The notes under the pieces are model-generated. The model saw only the letters and a list, made by a program, of their open reading frames with translations. It did not search any database and was not told where the DNA came from. Below, one piece after another: positions 57,422 to 64,000 of a stretch of 64,000 nt of DNA (positions are counted from its first letter, which is position 1; each line of letters starts with the position of its first letter). The DNA is from Minisyncoccota bacterium (GTDB lineage Bacteria; Patescibacteriota; Minisyncoccia; Phycocordibacterales; UBA9973). The stretch spans positions 24,626 through 88,625 of the forward strand of contig JAQULK010000001.1 in the NCBI GenBank assembly GCA_028718635.1, in the 5' to 3' direction. Made by a program: the position numbers and the translations under genes.

Positions 57422-57472
57422 ATGATATCAAACTTTATAAAGTTTGTCAAAATTAAGAAAGTTTATAAAGTT
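57422..57472 (-). promoter_or_regulatory. Promoter with palindromic operator(s) for HTH-Fic gene
   Basis: TTGACA-AACTTTATAAAGTTTGA-TATCAT, 7 nt before ATG; second AACTTTATAAACTT upstream. Confidence 0.75.
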
Positions 57473-57481
57473 ACAGTAAAT

Positions 57482-58399
57482 CTACAATCCTAAAGCATAA
57501 CAAAGAAGCGCCATGCGGACATACAGGCCATTTTGGGCTTGGCGAAAATAAACTGCGCGAGAGTCGGCATCAACTTCCGACTCTATTTCATTTACTTTTG
57601 GCAAGGCATGCATAATGATCGCATCATTTTTCATTTTTTTGAGATGGTCTTTTCTTAGAATAAATAGATCTTTTACTTTTTCATAATCGGCGACATTGGC
57701 AAAGCGCTCTTTTTGCACTCGTGTCATATAAAGTATATCTAATTTTGGCAAAGCTTCTTCTAAACTTCGCAGTTCTTCAAAAACCACACCAGCATCTTTT
57801 AATTCTTTAATATATTCTCTCGGCAATTCCAATTCTTTGGGTGAAATAAAATAGAACTTATTTCCGTTATATTGTCGCAAAAACGGTACCAAAGATTTCA
57901 CCGTCCTGCTATTTAATAAATCTCCTCCAAACCCAATAGTAAGATTATCAATTCTTTTATGTTCCTTTTTAATAGTATACACATCAAGCAATCCTTGTGT
58001 TGGATGCAGTATCGCGCCATCCCCAGCATTAATAATTGGCTTAGTGGTAACAAGAGCTGCTTTTTCCAATGTCCCCGCAATAGGATGACGAATAACAATA
58101 ACATCCGCATAAGAACAAAGTACCTTGGTTGTATCTTCAATTTTTTCCCCTTTATACGCAGAAGAATTTTCCATTGCATTTTCCGAGGAAATAACTTTTG
58201 CTCCTAACCTAAGTGCTGCCGTTTCAAAAGACAACCGAGTTCTAGTCGATGGCTCAAAAAAAATACAAGCTACAATTTTGTCTTTTAATATTTGTTCTAC
58301 AGTTCCCTTGCGCAAATCCTCTTCCATCTTTTCTGCGCGAGCTAAAATTTTCTCAACTTCTTCTTTTTTTAACTGATTGGATGAGATTATATTAATCAT
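57482..58399 (-). CDS. pyrB: Aspartate carbamoyltransferase
   Basis: FFEPSTRTRLSFE, INAGDG..HPTQ.LLD, YMTRVQKERF. Confidence 0.97.
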   Translation of the reverse strand: MINIISSNQLKKEEVEKILARAEKMEEDLRKGTVEQILKDKIVACIFFEPSTRTRLSFETAALRLGAKVISSENAMENSSAYKGEKIEDTTKVLCSYADVIVIRHPIAGTLEKAALVTTKPIINAGDGAILHPTQGLLDVYTIKKEHKRIDNLTIGFGGDLLNSRTVKSLVPFLRQYNGNKFYFISPKELELPREYIKELKDAGVVFEELRSLEEALPKLDILYMTRVQKERFANVADYEKVKDLFILRKDHLKKMKNDAIIMHALPKVNEIESEVDADSRAVYFRQAQNGLYVRMALLCYALGL

Positions 58400-58406
58400 A
58401 GGATTT

Positions 58407-61400
58407 TTAATTATTTAAATATTCTTTATAAGATTTTATTTCCAAATCATCAATCGAGTATCGCGCCAAGGCCTTGATAAATGCGCGCGCTAGGTGTAGA
58501 TCGATAAACAAAGGAATTTGATTGTCGACCGTGGCACGACGCACCTGAAAACCATCGGCGAGCATACGTTTTATTTCTTTTTCTTTCATCACTTCGATTT
58601 CCTCAGTCTTGCTTAAATTTACCACAAAAGAAACCTGTTTGTCTTCAATTATGTCGATAATGTTCGGCGACCTCTGATATGCCTTGCGAGCCACAGTGCA
58701 TTCAATATTTTGGTTTTTAAGAAATTTGGCGGTAGTATCTGTCGCAAAAATTTTGTAGCCTAAGGAGATCAATATCCTCGCTGTCTCAAAAAATTTAACC
58801 TTGTTCAAATCTCCACCCAAGGAAAGAAAGACATTTTTATTTTTAAAATCAAATTTATTCGTACTTAAAATCGATTTTAAAAGCGCTTCGTCGTAATCCC
58901 TGCCGAAACAAGCAGCTTCTCCAGTAGAAGACATCTCTACCCGTAACACTGGATCCGCGCCGAGCAGTCTCGCAAAAGAGAACTGCGCGGATTTTACAAC
59001 CACGCTTTTTGGATATACGAAATCATGTATTTTGGCTTTATTGAAAAAACTGTCCACCGCTATTTCTGGGAAATTAGCATCCATCGCTTTAGACAAAAGT
59101 GGAAAAGTCCGGCTAGCGCGCAAATTTATCTCTATCACAAACGGTCTGTTGTTCTTCACTAAAAATTGAATATTGAATGGCCCAGTCACAGAGAGAGAGC
59201 GCGCAATCTTTTTTGAAATCTCGCGAATTTGAAACTCAGTCGAAGCATATACGCGCTGAGTGGGAAAAACAATGGTGGCATCCCCGGAATGCACTCCGGC
59301 ATTTTCTACATGTTCGGATATGCCATAAATCATGAGCTCTCCTTTTTGGGCCACTCCGTCAAATTCTAATTCTCTGGCATTTTCCACATATTTAGAAATA
59401 GTGACCGGATGTTTTGGAGACAACACTGTTGCTTTCGTAACAAAATCCAATAATTGTTTTTCGTTATAACACACCCTCATCGCCGCCCCAGAGAGCACAT
59501 AGGATGGGCGAACAAGCACTGGAAAACTTTCTTCATCGGTGAACTTGAGAGCTTCTTTCATGCTGGTAAAGCTGGTCCATTTGGGCTGTAAAATATCGAG
59601 ACTGTCGAGCAGTTCCGAGAATTTATTGCGATCCTCCGCCCGATCGATGTTTTCCGCGCTCGTACCTAAAATACGAAAATCGGCTTCCTCCAAGCTCTGG
59701 GCCAAATTATTTGGTCTTTGTCCCCCGACTGAGATTATTATTCCGAAAGCATTTTCAAATTCAAAAATATCCGCGACCGTCTCAAAAGATAAGTCTTCAA
59801 AATACAATCTATCCGACATATCATAATCCGTAGAAACAGTTTCTGGATTGCAATTTACAATAATAGATTTTTTATGATATTTTTTCAAAGCCAAAGAAGC
59901 ATTCACACAAGACCAATCAAACTCCACAGAAGATCCGATGTGATAGGGTCCGCTGCCTAGCACCACTACCGCGTTTTTATTAAAAGGAGATACATCATAA
60001 TGGTTTCCGTGATACGTAAGATATAGATAATTTGTTTTTGCAGGCACTTCCCCTGCCAAGGTATCAATGGAAAATATTGCTGGGATAATTTTCATGCTTT
60101 TTCGCAAATTTCGGATATGCAATTCATCTTTCCCGCATAAATCACCGATTTTTTTATCTGAAAAACCATTTTGCTTTAAAAGCAACACGCTTTCTTTATC
60201 GAGTTTTTTATTTTTTAGAAAATTTTTCTCAGTTTCCACTATATTTTTTATTCGGTGCAAAAACCACAAATCAATTCCGGTTATTTTGTGAATTTTTTCT
60301 AAACTAATTCCCTTTTTTATGCCGGCTGCTATAGCAAACATCCGCCTTGGCGTCGAAGTGTTTAAAAATTTTTCCACTTCTTTTCCATTTTTAAAACCAT
60401 TGTCAGTGACGCTTTCCACACAGCCGGAATTCATGCGTACCGCTTTTTGCAACGCTTCTTCAAAACTGCGGCCGATAGCCATCACTTCCCCTACAGACTT
60501 CATAGCACTGCCTATCTGTTCGTGCGCCCCGATAAATTTTTCCAAATCCCAGCGCGGCATTTTTACCACCACATAATCAAGCGCCGGCTCAAAAAAACTT
60601 TGAGTGACTTTTGTAATTTTATTTTCTATTTCAAGCAAATTCTTGCCAAGAGATAATTTAGCTGCCACATATGCCAGAGGATACCCAGTGGCCTTGCTCG
60701 CGAGCGCGCTGGATCTAGAAAGCCGAGCATTTACCTCTATGACAAAATAGTCTAATGTGCCGTTTTTAGGATTTGGGTTGAGAGCGTACTGCACATTGCA
60801 CTCGCCGATTATTCCCAAACTTTGAACAATTTTTATGCTGGCTTCTCGCAACCCGTGATATTCGTCGTTGTTCAAGGTCTGGCTAGGAGCAACTACGACA
60901 GAGTCTCCAGTATGAATTCCAAGCGGATCAAAATTCTCCATATTGCAGACTGTGATAGTATTGCCGAGGTTGTCGCGCACGACTTCGTATTCAATTTCTT
61001 TAAAATGATGCAGATATTTCTCTATTAAAACCTGCGAAGACACTGCCAGCGCCCCTTTTACAATTTCTTCTAGCTCTTCTCCATCATTAGCAATGCCGGA
61101 TTTCTGCCCGCCTAAAGCAAAAGCTGCTCGCACCATTACTGGAAAACCAATTCTTCCCGCAATGTTTTTTGCCTCCTTGAGATTTACGGCAGTACCAGAA
61201 GGCGGAACAGGAATATTCATATTTCTCAAATGTTTCGCGAATTTTTCTCTGTCTTCTGTCAGCTCAATAGATGAAGTCGGCGTACCTAAAACTCTTACTT
61301 TGTATTTTTCAAAAACACCCTTTTTCTCCAAAGCTAATCCGCAGTTGAGTGCTGTCTGTCCGCCGAAGGAAAGCATAATTCCATCAGGCCGTTCTTTTTC

Positions 61401-61640
61401 AATCACTTTCTCCACGAAATAATCATCAACCGGCAAAAAATAAACTTCATCTGCTAAAGTTTTAGAAGTTTGGAAGGTGGCAATATTCGGATTGACTAAA
61501 ATAACCTTGATTTTTTCTTCTTTCAGAGCCTTAATTGCCTGACTACCAGAATAATCAAATTCACCCGCTTCGCCTATTTTTAGCGCGCCGCTTCCGAGCA
61601 CCAATACTTTTTTCATTAATTTTACTTTTTTGTTTTTCAT
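58407..61640 (-). CDS. carB: Carbamoyl-phosphate synthase large subunit
   Basis: GSGALKIGEAGEFDYSG, GIHTGDS, EVNARLSRSSALASKATG, NCNPETVSTDYD. Confidence 0.98.
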   Translation of the reverse strand: MKNKKVKLMKKVLVLGSGALKIGEAGEFDYSGSQAIKALKEEKIKVILVNPNIATFQTSKTLADEVYFLPVDDYFVEKVIEKERPDGIMLSFGGQTALNCGLALEKKGVFEKYKVRVLGTPTSSIELTEDREKFAKHLRNMNIPVPPSGTAVNLKEAKNIAGRIGFPVMVRAAFALGGQKSGIANDGEELEEIVKGALAVSSQVLIEKYLHHFKEIEYEVVRDNLGNTITVCNMENFDPLGIHTGDSVVVAPSQTLNNDEYHGLREASIKIVQSLGIIGECNVQYALNPNPKNGTLDYFVIEVNARLSRSSALASKATGYPLAYVAAKLSLGKNLLEIENKITKVTQSFFEPALDYVVVKMPRWDLEKFIGAHEQIGSAMKSVGEVMAIGRSFEEALQKAVRMNSGCVESVTDNGFKNGKEVEKFLNTSTPRRMFAIAAGIKKGISLEKIHKITGIDLWFLHRIKNIVETEKNFLKNKKLDKESVLLLKQNGFSDKKIGDLCGKDELHIRNLRKSMKIIPAIFSIDTLAGEVPAKTNYLYLTYHGNHYDVSPFNKNAVVVLGSGPYHIGSSVEFDWSCVNASLALKKYHKKSIIVNCNPETVSTDYDMSDRLYFEDLSFETVADIFEFENAFGIIISVGGQRPNNLAQSLEEADFRILGTSAENIDRAEDRNKFSELLDSLDILQPKWTSFTSMKEALKFTDEESFPVLVRPSYVLSGAAMRVCYNEKQLLDFVTKATVLSPKHPVTISKYVENARELEFDGVAQKGELMIYGISEHVENAGVHSGDATIVFPTQRVYASTEFQIREISKKIARSLSVTGPFNIQFLVKNNRPFVIEINLRASRTFPLLSKAMDANFPEIAVDSFFNKAKIHDFVYPKSVVVKSAQFSFARLLGADPVLRVEMSSTGEAACFGRDYDEALLKSILSTNKFDFKNKNVFLSLGGDLNKVKFFETARILISLGYKIFATDTTAKFLKNQNIECTVARKAYQRSPNIIDIIEDKQVSFVVNLSKTEEIEVMKEKEIKRMLADGFQVRRATVDNQIPLFIDLHLARAFIKALARYSIDDLEIKSYKEYLNN

Positions 61641-61653
61641 TAATTTTACTTTG

Positions 61654-62742
61654 CTATTTTTTATGATTTTTTATTTTTGATTTTATGACTCCAGCTTTTT
61701 CTAAAAAGAAATCAAATATCCAATCAGTATCAAGCGGTCCGGGAGAACTCTCTGGATGAAATTGCACAGACATAAAAGGCAAACTCTCGTGAATAATCCC
61801 TTCATTGGTGTTGTCATTAGCATTATAAAACCATTCCTTGAATCCTTTGGGAATTTTTTTAACTGCAAAACCATGATTTTGGGTCGTTAAATAACACTTA
61901 TTTGTTCCCTGTTCCACCACAGGTTGATTTTGACTACGATGGCCGAATTTCATCTTGTAGGTAGTTCCGCCCAAAGCCAGCGTCAAAATCTGATTTCCTA
62001 AACAAATACCAAATGTAGGGATTTTTTGAGCAATAATTTTTTTGACATTGTTTATAGTAGTTTTTACTTTTTTAGGGTCTCCAGGACCGTTAGAAATAAT
62101 TACCGCATCCAAGGGAAATTTCAGTTTCGTAATATCAGTATCCCAAGGAACAACCACCACTTTAAATTTGCGCGCTATCAGTCTTCTAATAATATTTTGT
62201 TTTTGTCCGCAATCTATCAGTACAATAGTTTTTTCTCCGGTGCCAAACGATAAAATTTCTTTTGTACTAACTTCAGAAACTAAATTATTTAAATTGGTAT
62301 CATTAAAAGAAATATCTTTTCCTGCTAGAACTATCTTTCCCAAGGAAACCCCTTCATCTCGTAATTTTTGCGTCAACTTTCTCGTGTCTTTAATTTCAAT
62401 TAACGGAACTCCTTCTTTTTTAAACCATTCTCCTAATGTCATTCGCATTGCGTGATGCGATGGAGTATCTATATAATTACAGACAACCAAACCAGAAACT
62501 TGAATTTTTTCCGATTCCCAAAATCCTTTTTTAGGAACACCATAATTTCCGATAATTGGATATGTCAAAACCAAAATTTGCCCCTTAAACGAGGGGTCGG
62601 TCAGCGCTTCTGGATACCCCACCATACCTGTAGCAAAAACAACCTCTCCAGAAATGGATTCGTCTCCTCCAAAACTTTCACCAATAAATTCGGAGCCGTC
62701 TTTAAATATTAATTTTGCAGTTTTACTGTTTTTATTTGGCAT
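61654..62742 (-). CDS. carA: Carbamoyl-phosphate synthase small subunit
   Basis: GEVVF.TGM.GY.E.LTDPS, SNGPGDP, GICLG, QFHPE. Confidence 0.97.
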   Translation of the reverse strand: MPNKNSKTAKLIFKDGSEFIGESFGGDESISGEVVFATGMVGYPEALTDPSFKGQILVLTYPIIGNYGVPKKGFWESEKIQVSGLVVCNYIDTPSHHAMRMTLGEWFKKEGVPLIEIKDTRKLTQKLRDEGVSLGKIVLAGKDISFNDTNLNNLVSEVSTKEILSFGTGEKTIVLIDCGQKQNIIRRLIARKFKVVVVPWDTDITKLKFPLDAVIISNGPGDPKKVKTTINNVKKIIAQKIPTFGICLGNQILTLALGGTTYKMKFGHRSQNQPVVEQGTNKCYLTTQNHGFAVKKIPKGFKEWFYNANDNTNEGIIHESLPFMSVQFHPESSPGPLDTDWIFDFFLEKAGVIKSKIKNHKK

Positions 62743-63991
62743 AAATTTTACCTTTTATTATTGTCATCGCCACACTGCCTGGAAAAGTAATTCCTTCAAA
62801 AGGCGACCACCCGCATTTTGTTTTCAATTTATCTTTAGTAATGGTAATTTGTTTATTTAAATTGAGAATTGTCAGCGACCCCACATACCCCTTTTCTATT
62901 TTTCCGTATTTATCTGAAATAAAATTATTTATAAAATTCGCAGGATTATAACTGCAAACTCTTTCAATCTCTTTTGCTGTGAAATTATGTTCTTGCATCA
63001 ACCAAGCAGTAAACGGGCCATAAGTATCCAAGTGCGTTAGCCCAGAAATTCCTTTTCCTTTTTCCTCTATAGTATGAGGGGCATGATCAGTCGCCAAATA
63101 ATCTATGTCGCCGTTTTTCAAAAATGCTATGAGCCCTAGGCGATTTTCTTTGCTTTGGCGAATCGGTGGATTAACCTGCAACATATTTGTTTCGTCCCTG
63201 TCCGCCAAAGCTTTAGCGTCGGCGGAAAAATACAAATGATGCGGAGTGACTTCTACTGTCACATTTATTCCACGTTTTTTTGCATCTATAATTTTATTTA
63301 TTCCGAGAACTGTAGAACAGTGGCAAATTTTTCCTACAAGATTATATTTCTCAATGAGTTTTAAAGCAAAATCTACGGCAGAAATCTCAGCTTCAGGCGG
63401 ACGTTTTGCTTCGTGGGTATTTTTATTTGCATTTTCTTCTAGAATTTTTGGGTCTTCGCAATGAAAACTCACACATTGATTTTCGTATTTTTCCAATGCT
63501 TTTTCCAATTCTTCATTTGAAGTAAAAAACAAATCTCCCACTGACGGACCCATAAAAGCTTTGTAAGGAACTTTTTTAGCCTCGCCTGTATGGCTATGGC
63601 CGAGGGAAAGAGGTTTTGTATTAGGACCAATACCGGCATAAAGCACCACAGTGATGGAAGATTTTTTCGCTAAATTATTCTTCTTTTCAAAACTATCGTC
63701 ATCTACTGGTGGCACTGGATTATTTGGCATCTCTCCTATCGCTACTACTCCGCCATTTATGGCGGCCTCTCCCGCAGTAACAAAATCTTCTTTATAATCT
63801 TGTTTATGGCTCGCATCTTCCCGTGCATGCACATGCAGATCTATGAAACCAGGGAAAATAATTTCATCTTTTAAAACAACGTCGGCTATTCCCGAAGGTT
63901 CTGTGATGTTTGAAATTAATCCAGTTTGAGTGTCTATTTCGATACGTTTTTTTTCTCCAATATTTGCGATAATTCCTTCGACGCTAAGCAT
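62732..63991 (-). CDS. pyrC: Dihydroorotase
   Basis: PGFIDLHVHARE, MPN, EVTPHHL, VNPP.R, TDHAPH; two palindrome inserts. Confidence 0.93.
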   Translation of the reverse strand: MLSVEGIIANIGEKKRIEIDTQTGLISNITEPSGIADVVLKDEIIFPGFIDLHVHAREDASHKQDYKEDFVTAGEAAINGGVVAIGEMPNNPVPPVDDDSFEKKNNLAKKSSITVVLYAGIGPNTKPLSLGHSHTGEAKKVPYKAFMGPSVGDLFFTSNEELEKALEKYENQCVSFHCEDPKILEENANKNTHEAKRPPEAEISAVDFALKLIEKYNLVGKICHCSTVLGINKIIDAKKRGINVTVEVTPHHLYFSADAKALADRDETNMLQVNPPIRQSKENRLGLIAFLKNGDIDYLATDHAPHTIEEKGKGISGLTHLDTYGPFTAWLMQEHNFTAKEIERVCSYNPANFINNFISDKYGKIEKGYVGSLTILNLNKQITITKDKLKTKCGWSPFEGITFPGSVAMTIIKGKIYAK

Positions 63992-64000
63992 AAATTTTGG

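Noticed and set aside
1-64000. tRNA or rRNA genes; alternative genetic code
   Set aside because: No cloverleaf or rRNA-like tract seen by eye; ORFs are intact under code 11 with TGA used as stop.

Overview
AT-rich bacterial chromosome segment whose gene set and style (compact housekeeping genes, glyQS, split comEC, type IV pilus locus, FKBP-less trigger factor, H+-PPase, Cys/Trp-rich secreted proteins) point to a Patescibacteria/Parcubacteria (CPR) genome (inference). Contents: recA, efp, rpsF-ssb-rpsR, four tRNA synthetases (ileS with a T-box), nucleotide and glycolysis genes, comEC, rnhA, recJ, a pilus locus interrupted by a lipase plus membrane-protein pair, AbiE TA, nusA, hppA, tig, a Fic gene and pyrC-carA-carB-pyrB. 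The main unexplained signal is a dense set of small palindromic elements. (1) A ~100-120 bp hairpin element, CCCGTTAGAAG...CTTCTAACGGG, sits exactly against the ATG of 7 genes, always in the same orientation and usually duplicating the first bases of the gene. (2) Four accessory cassettes (DUF559, GNAT+RAYT, AAA ATPase, GIY-YIG) are each bracketed by their own palindrome family. (3) More than 15 palindromes are inserted in-frame in core proteins. (4) There are long-stem multi-hairpin elements with shared cores. Many genes also appear leaderless. Everything was read by eye; no searches were run.
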